Source of the DNA: Eledone cirrhosa
Lineage: Eukaryota
NCBI GenBank assembly: GCA_964016885.1
Contig: OZ024740.1
Location: 291,400,001 to 291,464,000 of the forward strand
Direction of reading: 5' to 3'
DNA: 64,000 nucleotides
This document shows positions 11,033 through 23,844 of this stretch, piece after piece (position 1 is the stretch's first letter; each line of letters begins with the position of its first letter). The notes beneath the pieces are model-generated. The model had not been told where the DNA came from. It saw nothing but the letters and a program-made list of their open reading frames with translations, and ran no database searches. The translations under genes and the position numbers were made by a program.

Positions 11033-13664
11033 GTATGTATATATTCTATATATTGTTGTTTGTTTTATTATCATTTTGAATCACAATATTCATTAACTTT
11101 TTCTAATTTTTAACATTGTGTTGTTGTTTTTTTTAAACAATCACACCATCACCTGTAAATGTTTATTGCACAGTGTTCTTTTAAATTATTTTTGTTACAA
11201 TTTTGCTGTAAAAAACACAAGCTGGTGATTTGTGTTTTAACATTTACCTATAATATATTTTATATATTGCCAATTAGAGGAATCGATTTTTTTCATTCTC
11301 TCTATTTGCTGTGCAACGTCATATAGCAAATATTTTGAACATTTATGAAATGGGTTCGCATTGACGAGATACAGTTTTACAGAAAATCTTTTGCTACGAG
11401 TTATTATATTATATTTTAGTTTTTATATTATTTTTTAACTAATATACTCAACTAATCATATATAGAATTATTATATTATTTATTACGTTTCTTGTAAGAG
11501 TAAGTTGCAGTCATCAATTTTGACATCGTTAGGTAATATACAGGACACGCAGATATGCGTTTGTTGTGTTACTTTTCAACAAAATACCTCTATAAGTGTA
11601 TGAAGAGTCTTCTAATGATTAAAATCAACTTTAAACCTCTGTATAATTCTTTCCAGTTAAAATACTGAATTAGACGTTCAGTTTTCGGGAATATTCTGGT
11701 GAAAGTAGCAAGTTTCACTTTGCTCTAAATCTCTCAAGTAAATGTCTAAACCACGTCTAGACTATCAAAGTATTTTGTTTATTGACATTGCTATTGTTAT
11801 TTATGTTTTTATAGTTCTATTTGATCGATCGCCTCGTTTGATTTATCCTTACTTCACTATTTAAATATTAATATTTCTGCCAAGACAACATTAATCCTTG
11901 TTTTATTTTCAAGAGTTCTCACGTGCAGACACACATACAGTTTTACTTTGCTGACCATCAATGCCTTACAATTGACTTTGTAGAGAGAAGTGACCCAAAT
12001 ATTGATAGCAATGTATTTGGGGGTTTCGTAATTCTTTTCGTTTCTTATTTTTGTACAGATGAATTAAGAATTCTTTTTTCTGTTTCACATTTATCTTAAA
12101 ATATTATTTCTTCTAGGTTTTAATTGAAATGATTTGTTTTGTAACTACTACCACCACTTCCTCCTCTTAATTTGATCTTTGTCTCGTTTCATTTTTATAA
12201 ACCAATGAATTAGTTTTCGTTTCCTCCGAAAGCCTGTTTTCTGTTTGTTATTTAATGACATATCCTTTTCTTCTTTACTTTCAACTCTTTGGTTCATAGT
12301 TAGTGCTGGATCCGAAATCGTACTTGGTAATTAGGATTTTCTGTTGTTGTTGTTTTGTTTTGTTTTGTTTTGTTTGTTTTTGAAAACTGGAAGATTTAAT
12401 AAATATTTAGGTTTCTGAAAGTTTTTCCTTTTCTTTCCCTGTCTCTGTCACCACTTCAAAAAGTGAATCGATTCATTATAGACTTTGTTTGGAGGGTGGA
12501 ATGTAAGCCATCACAGCTGAGGCCATATAAGAGGAGCACCGTCATGTGAAGCTTAAATTTAATTTGCCGTTCCTATATGTCATATTTTTCAGCTAATTTT
12601 TATAGTTTCACCTTTTAAACCATCGATGTATTTTCAAAACACCTATTGTATGTTATATTAGCTACGCATCTGTTGGTTAGAATCCACTTTGTGAACAAAA
12701 CTTACATTTTATAATGATGTTCTTTATTTGTTTACCGTGGACGAAAGAGAAGGCCATTCTATAATTTTTTTTTAGAAAGTTACCATCATTACACTCGCTT
12801 ATTCTCTTCAGTGTGGAATTAAATTTATATTTTTGCAGAGTTTTGTTGCCAAGTTAGTGCGTGTTTTGCCAACAAACATGTCATGGTTAGGGTTACATAG
12901 ATTTTAAATAAATATATATATATATATTACCTTCCAGTGTTCTACCCCTCTCTCTCTCTTATTTATATATATATATAGATATAACTCTATAAAGTTAACT
13001 GTTTCTAATACGTAAACATCTCAATGAAAGGATAAGATATATTGATAAATTATCCACTCACAGAAGTATTAAAATATATTAAACTTAAGCCAAAATCTCT
13101 CTTTTTTTTTGGGGGGGGGGGGATACAAGCCAAATCGTCTAAAAAAAAAAACGCCACTTTTGACTTATACCCTGACTATGGTTTCTGGAACTCAACATAC
13201 AACACCTGTTATTTCAAGACATTGGAATAACCAATATTGGAAGAATTTCAGTTCCTTCATCAGGGGGCGAATTCTTCTTAGGAATAAGGGGACAAGTTAA
13301 ATATATATCATACATACCATTTCGTTGCTAGACCACAGGGTGTTGTATCGCTGAATTACTATATGAATATATTCACCCAAGTGGACAAGTTGAATATATA
13401 TATACATACCATACCATTAGTACACCGCATGGTGAAAGGACGTGTTATATTGTTGTATGAATATTTCCTACTTAATGTATTAGGACAATACGACAGGCTT
13501 ATAAATTAATATTGACTGCTCTATCATTGTTGAGCTGATTTAGATGGTTTGGGTTGCTATTTCTGGCGTAAATATAAAACAAGTACCAGGCTTAAAAAAA
13601 TAATTTTGTACATCTACTTCTTTCCGGTCTGATATTGATGAGATTGATGTAGATATTTAGTTTA

Positions 13665-13775
13665 TATATATGTAGGTCTGGAAGGGGATGTAGCTAGATA
13701 TATGTGGGTCTGGAAAGGGATGTAGCTAGATAGATAGCTTAGATATATGTGGGCCCGGAAGGGGATGTAGCTAGG
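13665..13775 (+). repeat. ~31-bp tandem repeat (ATATATGTGGGTCTGGAAGGGGATGTAGCTAG) x3
   Basis: Direct tandem copies visible. Confidence 0.75.
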
Positions 13776-14304
13776 TAATTCTGAAAAGCAGAGACTATTG
13801 TAGTAGTAGTCGATGATGTTATGAGAAGACACTGTATATCTTTGAGTTAGTGGTTGTAGTATGTTGGTAAATCTTTTCCAATCAATCAGATGGCTTCTTT
13901 TGGAACCAATCTAGGAAGAGTGTATGTGGATGGATGTTCCCGTAACTCCCGAGGGAGTTGTAGGGGCACCATATTGACAAACAGTGTTTTCAGGGTATCT
14001 TTTAAATCTGGCGGAGCCCACCTCCTCTCAAAGTCTGAATACAGCAGATTTCTTCCAGAGAAAGATAGTGAGAGGATGGAAGTGAAAAAGAGATATAGAG
14101 GAAGAATCAATTTCAGTACTTGACTGGTACTTTTTTTTTTATCGACTTTGAATGGATGATAGGCAAAGTTAACCTCGGCGGGATTTGTACTCAGAAAGCT
14201 GGAACGAATACCACAAAGAATTCGATCTAACATTTTAACGACTCTGCCAATTCACCGCCTTAGTGTGTATGTAGTAATAATTATAAGTAAGCACTGTCTC
14301 ATTA

Positions 14305-15720
14305 ACATCATATTATCATCATTTTACGTCCGTTTTTCCATGCTTGCAAAGGTTATTGGAGTTTCTTTCATTACAGTCTCCCTCCACTTGTCATGTTTTA
14401 TCTTTTCTTCTGTCAGGTTCGGTATTTTAAGATCTGCTTTCATCACTCTGCCCTGATCTTCCTCAGCTGTAGCTTATTTTCACTGAGAAATCTGGTATTT
14501 CTTCAACTAGTGATCATCACCCATACTCATCACATGCTTATACCAGTGCAGTCTTCTCTCCTGCACACTATCTTTGAGTCATCTTTACTATCTTTGAGTC
14601 ATCTTTTCCTAGTTTTTCTCTCAGCTTATCCATGATTTACTATCCATGTACATTGATACCACACATCCATCGGAGCATACTTCATTTCTCTCCATCCTCC
14701 TCACACCCTCTGACACTTTACACGCAGGCATCATAGAACTGGCCTTTTATAGTCTTCCAAGGCTAGGAAGAATTTATTTCACTGGAACTCCTACTACTAA
14801 CTATACTTCTGCCTCTTTAACTTATAAAGTCTACCCTTTCTGTTAGTCTGCCTACAATTCCACTACATCTCTTGTGTACCTATGCTTTACATTGTGTATA
14901 TCATATGGATTTCCTACCTATTCTTTTTCTGCACATCAAACAAGGCCACTTCCCTGATGGGATCATAGTCCTGTTTTCTTCTTTAGCTCTTCCACAGATT
15001 CAGCTACAAGAAGCAGATCATAAGCTTTCAGAAGTTCTCATGGACAATCAGTCTTAAACTCCATTATGGTCTGGAGAAATATATTAAACAAACTGTGCTG
15101 AGGACTGAGCCTTGATGAACACCTACCTGTACATTGAATTCCTCACTAAATTCATTATCTACTCTCATTTTCTGACAGCTATCACAAGCCCCTCATTTAC
15201 ACCCAGCTTCTTTAATGACCAGCAGATAACAAATCTTAGAACCCTAACAAAGGCCCCTTCTCCAGATCATCAAATGCTGTGTACAACAGATTACATTTGG
15301 CCAGGGACTTATAGTTGTCACATTAAAAAGCTCCTTCATAGCACAAAGCCAAAAATGCATCTCATTTAACTAGATTCTTTCACTTTCATAACATGTTCAT
15401 CAATTTTATTCCTCTGTAGTTGCTCTTTTTTAGAGCATCACCTTTTGTAACAATTAATGATTATGCTATTCTGTCAGTCATTGGGTATGACATTATCATG
15501 TATTACTTTATTGACTATGCAGGTGACTAGCTCAAATTCTACTTTAGATTATTTCAGTATCTCAGCAACTATTTCTGACACTTCAGCAGTTTTCCATTTT
15601 TCATTTACCTGATAGTTTCTTTTACTCTGTAAATGCCACCTAATAACTGGTCCTAATTCTTCCTTTCATTCTTCACATTCAACCTCTTAGCTATGTAAAA
15701 CAATTTTCAATGTAATTCTT
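14305..15720 (-). mobile_element. Old, heavily decayed RTE LINE (PHD-bearing lineage)
   Basis: Reverse-complemented tail CATCATTTTACGTCCGTTTTTCCATGC. The - strand still reads PSGKWPCLMCRKRIGRKSI near 14900-14960 and HQGSVLS near 15090-15120. Confidence 0.75.
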
Positions 15721-15999
15721 GTAACTGATCAAAGCTGAGGCTGAAGTAGACTAGTCTTTGGGATACTGATTTGGCAATCTGAGAGCTTGAGTTTTCCATG
15801 AGATATCAGCAGGTTGTGAGGTCTCTTGCATTTGTAGTGACTTTGAGGGTTTTGTGTGATTTTTATGACTAAAGGAAGTGTGGTACAAAACTGTTTCCCT
15901 GATATGTAGTGATTGCCTTTGTGCTGTTGAATGAGACTAGGTTGCCATGAAGATGTTTGAAAGAAGTTTTCAAGATCTTTATTCATAAAAGCAATGCAG

Positions 16000-16620
16000 C
16001 TTTAGCATGCGTTTCCTTATGGGTGTCTAGAAGAACCTGTTACAGGTCATCTTGCAAGGAGGTAACTCCATAGGGCTGACAAATCCGGGAAAGAACTGGA
16101 TGTCAGGGATTGTTGGAACTTGGGAAGGGTGGACACAATATGAGTGACAAGGATGAGTGCCTGAGTCAGCATGTGAGCAGCTAGCTCAGAGGAACAGAGA
16201 CCAGTGTAGTAGTGGGAAAGTAGTTGGTGATAGCAAGTAGATAGTTTATGCAAGAGTGTGAGGGGACCAAATTGAGCTTTAGTGCATATATAGAGGATAA
16301 TGTGGCTGAGAGATAGCTTCATCAACACATACCATAATAGTAGAATTTGGAGAAAGTCACCAATCCAAGAGATGAGAAACAGAAATCTATTAGGTGGACA
16401 GTTTTGACAGGAGATTCATATGCCTGATAAAGTTGAAAGTTTTTCTGAGGTTGCAGTCAACAATACTGCTTTCATCAAAGTAACCTAGAAGAGTAGATCT
16501 TCCTTTACAAAAGCTGTACTAGTTGTCATTAAGAAAAGAGAGATTCAAGGTATTGTAGATAGCTGTTGTTAATGACTGTCTCTCCATCACCTTTGAGAAA
16601 TAAATGCAGAAAAACAGCAA
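16000..16620 (-). mobile_element. Decayed CR1/L2-like LINE remnant
   Basis: - strand remnants NLRKTFNFIRHMNLLSKL (compare LDISKAFD..H..LL.KL), HYYTGLCSSELA and SSFPDLSALWSYL (compare SFFPRT..LWN.L). Confidence 0.55.
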
Positions 16621-17329
16621 TTGGCAGGGAGGAGTGCCCTTTTTGCCCTAGTGTATTTCTAAAGGTTGAGTGTTTGGTCATGACAGCCTAGCTTTGAGCT
16701 ACATTGTTAGAGAATAGTGTTGTGTTGATTTCGAGTGATTAGGTTTACTTTCACATTTGATGTGAGTCTGGTGGAGTAGAATGGGATAATTCTGAAGGAG
16801 AGTTTCTTAGTGTGTACAATATGGAGTTATTTGTAAAGCAGGCAGCAATTGTTGGGGCTTTGATGGAGCTATTATACTTGGAAAGTGAAAAAGTTGTTGG
16901 GGACCAAAACGATTAGTTGTAGTTTAGGAGGCAGGAGAGCTTGCAAGCTATATGATGCATCATGGTCATGCAGGGGATGCCATGTTGGATATGAGTAATC
17001 CACTTCGGTCTGTGAGTTGTTGTTGTTGTATGTGAGATATAGAGGTTCATATCTAAGAGGAACATTCCAGTCACCCACTTAACTGTCTTAGATAGGTCAG
17101 GGGTGAGGCAAATGTGCTGCTAGGGATAGTTGGCATAGAAGTGGCTGAGATCTGATCTATAAGCTAACTCAAAGTGCTACATAGTCTGGGATGTGAAAAA
17201 TGATATTATATAGTACATGAATGGAAAAGTGGACATACATACATGTAAACATACATGCATTCAATCTCACAAGCAGTAATCTTTAACTCTTAACATCCTG
17301 TAATTATTTAGCAGAAAATATCCTTTAAA

Positions 17330-18170
17330 TTCAACCTCCTGCCTTTCATCACTCGTGAACACGGCGCCAAGATACTTGAAATTCTCCACCTGCTTCAGTG
17401 GAACTCCACTCATATGTAGTGTACTGAGAAGGCTTCCTTGGGAGGATGAAGGTCTAAATCTTAGCAGCACTGATTTTTATTCCTGCCGTGCAGCACTCGG
17501 CATCAAACCTATCAGGTGCTGACGTCTGCAAATTCCAACCAACTGATCTTACATCTGCCCGCCTTAATACCACTTTCAACCCAGCTGCAAATGTCAATTC
17601 TGTTCATGAAGATTATGAACAGGAGAGGTGATAGTACGCACCCTTAATAGAGTCTGATACCCACATTGAATGGTTTCAAATTAGCAACATTTATCCAAAC
17701 ACAAATACTAGGACATTCATACACAGACATCAGGGCAACAAGAAACTGTCCTTCAATCCTATACCCCTGCAGAACAGGTCACATGCCTTTCCAAGGTCTA
17801 CAAAACAAGCATACACCTCTTGGCAATAGTCCCACGATGAATTCCCACTGTGAATATTTGGTCAGCTGTGCTGCATCCAGGGTGAAAACTGCACTGTTCA
17901 TCAGCTAGCTTGGATTCAAGAATCTTCCTACATCTCTTTGCCAGACACTTAGCATAGATTTTACCTGGGAGGCTTAACAAGGAGATCCCTCTGTAATTGG
18001 AACAATCTCTCTTGTCTCCCTTTTTGGAGATTGGGATTATCACTTCCGATTATCATTGCTTAGGTGCCTTTTCCAGAAATCCTGGTACACACGAGTCAGC
18101 CAGAGAATACGGTCTCTATTTAAAGTTTTTCACATCTTAGGCCGAATTACATCCTCCCCAGATTTTACAG
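17330..18170 (-). mobile_element. Decayed RTE-clade RT fragment (lineage without PHD insert)
   Basis: IIPISKKGDKRDCSNYRGISLLSLPGKIYAK, EQCSFHPGCSTADQIF, LKQVENFKYLG. Confidence 0.85.
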
Positions 18171-19643
18171 ACAAAACCAACTGGCAGAAAGCTCAGAGGT
18201 AGATTCCGAGCAAGATGGTTGGATAACATCCATGAGCTTGGGTGGTTTTTCCTGACAGGATCTGCTGAATGGTATGCTTGTGGATGACTCTTAAGAGGAA
18301 ATAATGTGAACAGCTTTTATTTGATGAATTGTGTTCATCATATAGCTTTGATTTTCTACTTCATCCCTCTAAAATTGACTATCACTTGTTTACTAGAAGT
18401 TGTTCTTCATCCCTAAGCTATTTAGGATGCAATGCCAGAAACAGTAATGTTGATATAACTGTAACACTACTTCTAGTTTCTTATCAATTAGTACGAAACT
18501 TACTGGTATTTCCTGTATGATTCATAAAATCAATATCAATTATGTACTGGAGTACATTTTCATCAACTACACTTCCACCCTTGAAAATTTGTGGTAGTTT
18601 ACTAGTGTTAGAATTCTTAATTCTCAATTAATTTAATCAGTTCTTTTGAATAAGCTCTATATTTAGATTAATGAGGTGAATAGATACCCTGTATGTCATT
18701 GTTTATTTTTATCAATTCTAGAAGGATTAGAGTCAAGTTTTTGCTTTCACTGTTCTGTTCAAAACAAGGATTACAGTTTACTACTTCATAACTTCATTTT
18801 AATGTTCATATATTTACATGGGAGTGTTATAAAGTTAACAGCTTACACTAAAACCTTACTTTCTTAGTAAACTCATTCCAAGAGATATTAAGTGTTAATA
18901 CGGTGTTGTTGTAGAAGAAGGAATAAAACTAAGGAGAAATAGAAATTACAGCTTTAAGTAGGTTCTGTACTGGAATGATCAGTTCAGTTTTTTTTTATTT
19001 CCTTTAAAGGAAACTATAAAAGTGGTAACTCTAAAATTACCTTTGTGCTATATTCTTCATATATATCTTGTCAAACTTTTTTCTGTTAATGACAGTTGTT
19101 GTTCCTGTACATCATGTCAAGCTAGCTTCTGTTAATAACAGTCGTTGTTCCTGTACATCATGTCAAACTATCTTCTGTTAATGACAGTTGTTGTTCCTGT
19201 ACATCATGTCAAGCTAGCTTCTGTTAATAACAGTCGTTGTTCCTGTACATCATGTCAAACTATCTTCTGTTAATAAGTCGTTATTCCTGTACATCATGTC
19301 AAGCTAGCTTCTGTTAATGACAGTAGTTGCTCCTGTACATCATGTCAAATTATCTTCTGTTAATAACAGTCGTTGTTCCTGTACATCATGTCAAACTAGC
19401 TTCTGTTAATGACAGTAGTTGTTCCTGTACATCATGTCAAACTATCTTCTGTTAATAACAGCCATTGTTCCTGTACATCATGTCAAGCTAGCTTCTGTTA
19501 ATGACAGTCGTTATTCCTGTACATCATGTCAAGCTAGCTTCTGTTAATGACAGTAGTTGTTCCTCATATACATCATGTCAAACTTTCTTCTGTTAATGAC
19601 AATAGTTGTTCCTGTACATCATGTCAAACTATCTTCTGTTAAT

Positions 19644-20230
19644 GGGGCTATGTGGAACGACTATTGTCGCGGGTGGGACCAATCCAGTTGACCACCGAGT
19701 CCATTGTCATGATCATACCGCCACCCTCCTTCAAAACGGAAGGAGAGGCGGGTTTTCCTTTGTGTGATAGCAATGGTGAAAGAGGTTATATGGTGGACAA
19801 GGTTGAAAGTGCTGAGGTCAGACACCTTTCTCTCCGGCCAACAACTGATTCTATTTTTCAAATACCACTTTGGAAGAAGAATCAGGATGGAGAGAGAGGT
19901 GCTGTACCCCAGCAAGTTTTATGAAAGGTGGGTGAAAGTTGCGAGAATGGCCCGAGTGAATGGGCCTTCTCTCTATATCAGCCTGTAGGTTGAGGAAAAA
20001 GAGGAGGAGAGGAAAGGGGTACAAACTCTTCGTACTCCTGGAGATGAGGGTTGCAGATTTTTTTTTTTCGGGGGTATGTGTTACCCATATGTAATGTCTC
20101 CCCCTATTGGGGAAAATCGATTATTTTTAAATTGCATTTGTGATAATATTTTAGACATTTTTATTGTATGTAAACTTCCCCCTTTGTATTTGTCCCCTTC
20201 TTTTGTGCCCCTGTGGTTAATAAAGAAACA
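19644..20230 (+). mobile_element. 5'-truncated Tx1-like LINE inserted in the satellite
   Basis: Matches 3504-4088 (…ERWVKVARMARVNGPSLYISL* plus 3' UTR). Flanks TTCTGTTAAT / TTTTGTTAAT fit a TSD. Confidence 0.93.
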
Positions 20231-23200
20231 TTTTGTTAATAACAGTAGTTGTTCCTGTACATAATGTCAAACTATCTTCTGTTAATGACAGTAGTTGTTC
20301 CTGTACATAATGTCAAACTATCTTCTGTTAATGACAGTAGTTCCTGTACATCATGTCAAAATATCTTCTGTTAATGACAATAGTTGTTCCTGTATATCAT
20401 GTCAAACTTTCTTCTGGTAATGACAGTAGTTCCTGTACATCATGTCAAACTATTTTCTGTTAATGACAGTAGTTGTTCCTATACATCATGTCAAACTTTC
20501 TTCTGTTAATGACATTAGTTCTTTCTATACATCGTGTCAAACTATCTTCTGTTAATGACAGTAGTTGTTCCTCATATACGTCATGTCAAACTATCTTCTG
20601 TTAATGACAGTAGTTGTTCCTGTACATGATGTCAAACTATCTTCTGTTAATGACAGTAGTTGTTCCTGTACATCATGTCAACATATCTTGTTAATGACAG
20701 TAATTGTTCCTGTACATCATGTCAAACTATCTTGTTAATGACAGTAGTTGTTCCTCATATACATCATGTCAAAATATCTTCTGTTAATGACATTAGTTGT
20801 TCCTGGAGATTATGTCAAACTATCTGTTAATGATAGTAGTTGTTCCTGTACATCATGTCAATCTTTCTTTTATTAATGACAATAGTTGTTTCTGTACATC
20901 ATGTCAATCTTCCTTTTGTTAATGACAATAGTTGTTCCTGTAAATCATGTCAAACTATTTTCTGTTAATGACATTAGTTGTTCCTGTACATCATGTAAAA
21001 ATATCTTCTGTTAATGACAGTAATTGTTCCTGTACATGATCTCAAAATATCTTCTGTTAATGATAGTAATTGTTCCTGTACGTCATGTCAAACTATCTTC
21101 TGTTAATGACAGTAATTGTTCCTGTACATCATGTCAAAATATCTTCTGTCAATGACAGTAATTGTTCCTGTACATCATGTCAGAATATCTTCTGTTAATG
21201 ACAGTAATTGTTCCTGTACATCATGTCAGAATATCTTCTGTTAAGGACAGTAGTTGTTACTGTTACATCATGTCAAACTATCTTCTGTTAAGGACAGTAG
21301 TTGTTCCTGTACACCATGTCCAACTATCTTCTGTTAATGATAGTAGTTGTTCCTGTACATCATGTCAAAATATCTTGTTAATGACATTAGTTTTCCTGTA
21401 CATCATGTCAAACTATCTTCTGTTAATGACAGTAAATGTTCTTGTACATCATGTCAAACTATCTTGTTAATGACAGTAGTTGTTCCTCATATACATCATG
21501 TCAAAATATCTTCTGTTAATGACATTAGTTGTTCCTGGAGATTATGTCAAACTATCTGTTAATCATAGTAGTTGTTCCTTTACACCATGTCCAACTATCT
21601 TCTGTTAATCATAGTAGTTGTTCCTGTACATCATGTCAAAATATCTTGTTAATGACATTTGTTGTTCCTGTACATCATGTCAAACTATCGTCTGTTAATG
21701 ATAGTAATTGTTCCTGTACATCATGTCAAACTATCTTCTGTTAATGACAGTAGTTGTTCCTGTCCATCATGTCAAAATATCTTGTTAATGACAGTAGTTG
21801 TTCCTGTACATCATGTCAAACTATCTTCTGTTAATGACATTAGTTGTTCCTCATATACATCATGTCAAACTATCTTCTGTTATCAACAGTAGTTCCTGTA
21901 CATCCTGTCAAACTAATTTCTGTTAATGACATTAGTTGTTCCTGTACATCATGTCAATCTTTCTTTTTGTTAATGACAATAGTTGTTCCTGTACATCATG
22001 TCAATCTTCCTTTTGTTAATGACAATAGTTGTTCCTGTACATCATGTCAAAATATCTTCTGTTATTGACAGTAATTGTTCCTGTACATCATGTCAAAATA
22101 TCTTCTGTTATTGACAGTAATTGTTCCTGTACATCATGTCAAAATATTTTCTGTTAATGACATTAGTTGTTCCTGTACATCATGTCAAAATATCTTCTGT
22201 TAATGACAGTAATTGTTCCTCTACATCATGTCAAAATATCTTCTGTTAATGACAGTAGTTGTTCCTGTACATCATGTCAAACTATCTTCTGTTAATGACA
22301 GTAGTTGTTCCTCATATACATCATGTCAAAATATCTTTTGTTAATGACTAGTTGTTCCTCATATGCATCATGTCAAAATATCTTGTTCATGACAGTAGTT
22401 GTTCCTGTACATGTCAAACTATCTTCTGTTAATGACTGTAGTTGTTCCTGTACATCATGTCAAAATATCTTCTGTTAATGACAGTAGTTGTTCCTGTACA
22501 TCATGTCAAACTATCTTCTGTTAATGACAGTAGTTGTTCCTGTACATCATGTCAAACTATCTTCTGTTAATAACAGTAATTGTTCCTGTACGTAATGTCA
22601 AACTATCTTCTGTTAATGACAGTAGTTCCTGTACATCATGTCAAAATATCTTCTGTTAATGACAATAGTTGTTCCTGTATATCATGTCAAAATATCTTCT
22701 GTTAATAGCAGTAGTTGTTCCTGTACATAATGTCAAACTATCTTCTGTTAATGACATTAGTTGTTCCTCATATACACCATGTCAAACTATCTTCTGTTAA
22801 TGACATTAGTTGTTCCTGTACACCATGTCAAACTATCTTCTGTTAATGATAGTAGTTGTTCCTGTACATCATGTCATATCTTGTTAATGACATTTGTTGT
22901 TCCTGTACATCATGTCAAACTATCTTCTGTTAAGACAGTAATTGTTCCTGTACATTATGTCAAACTATCTTCTGTTAACGATGGTAGTTGGTCTTGTGCA
23001 TCATGTCAAAATATTTTCTGTTAATGACATTAGTTGTTCCTGTACATCATGTCAAAATATCTTCTGTTAAGACAGTAATTGTCCCTGTACATTATGTCAA
23101 AATATCTTCTGTTAATGTCATGAGTTGTACCTGTACATCATGTCAAACTATCTTCTGTTAATGACAGTAGTTGCTCCTGTACATCATGTCAAACTATCTT

Positions 23201-23771
23201 CTCTTAATGACAGTAATTGTTCCTCATATACATCATGTCAAAATATCTTCTGTTAATGACAGTAGTTGTTCCTGTACATCATGTCAAACTATCTTCTGTT
23301 AATGACATTAGTTGTTCCTGTACATCATGTCAAACTATCTTCTCTTAATGGCAGTAATTGTTCCTCATATACATCATGTCAAACTATCTTTTGTTAATGA
23401 CAGTAGTTGTTCTTGTACATCATGTCAAACTATCTTCTGTTAATGACATTAGTTGTTCCTGTACATCATGTCAAAATATCTTCTGTTAACGACAGTAGTT
23501 GTTCCTGTACATCATGTCAAACTAACTTCTCTTAATGACAGTAATTGTTCCTCATATACATAATGTCAAAATATCTTTTGTTAATGAATAGTTGTTCCTC
23601 ATATACCTCATGTCAAAATATCTTGTTAATGACTAATTGTTCCTGTACATCATGTCAAAATATCTTCTGTTAACGACAGTAGTTGTTCCTCATATACATC
23701 ATATCAAACTATTTTCTGTTAATGACAGTAGTTGTTCCTGTACATCATGTCAAAATATCTTGTTAATGACA

Positions 23772-23844
23772 GTTTGACATGATGTACAGGAACAATTACT
23801 GTCATTAACAAGATATTTTGACATGATGTACAGGAACAATTACT
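23772..23844 (-). repeat. Inverted satellite segment (~1.5 units)
   Basis: TTTGACATGATGTACAGGAACAATTACTGTCATTAACAAG is the reverse complement of the unit. Confidence 0.95.

Noticed and set aside
13886-14100. - strand ORF resembling a LINE ORF2 C-terminus (LLYSDFERRW)
   Set aside because: Only a short motif, and the ORF start lies in a SINE. Too weak to classify.
21162-23024. Cys/His-rich ORFs in the satellite (also 30032-30247 and 41216-41446)
   Set aside because: Chance translations of a 46-bp non-triplet repeat with frequent stops.
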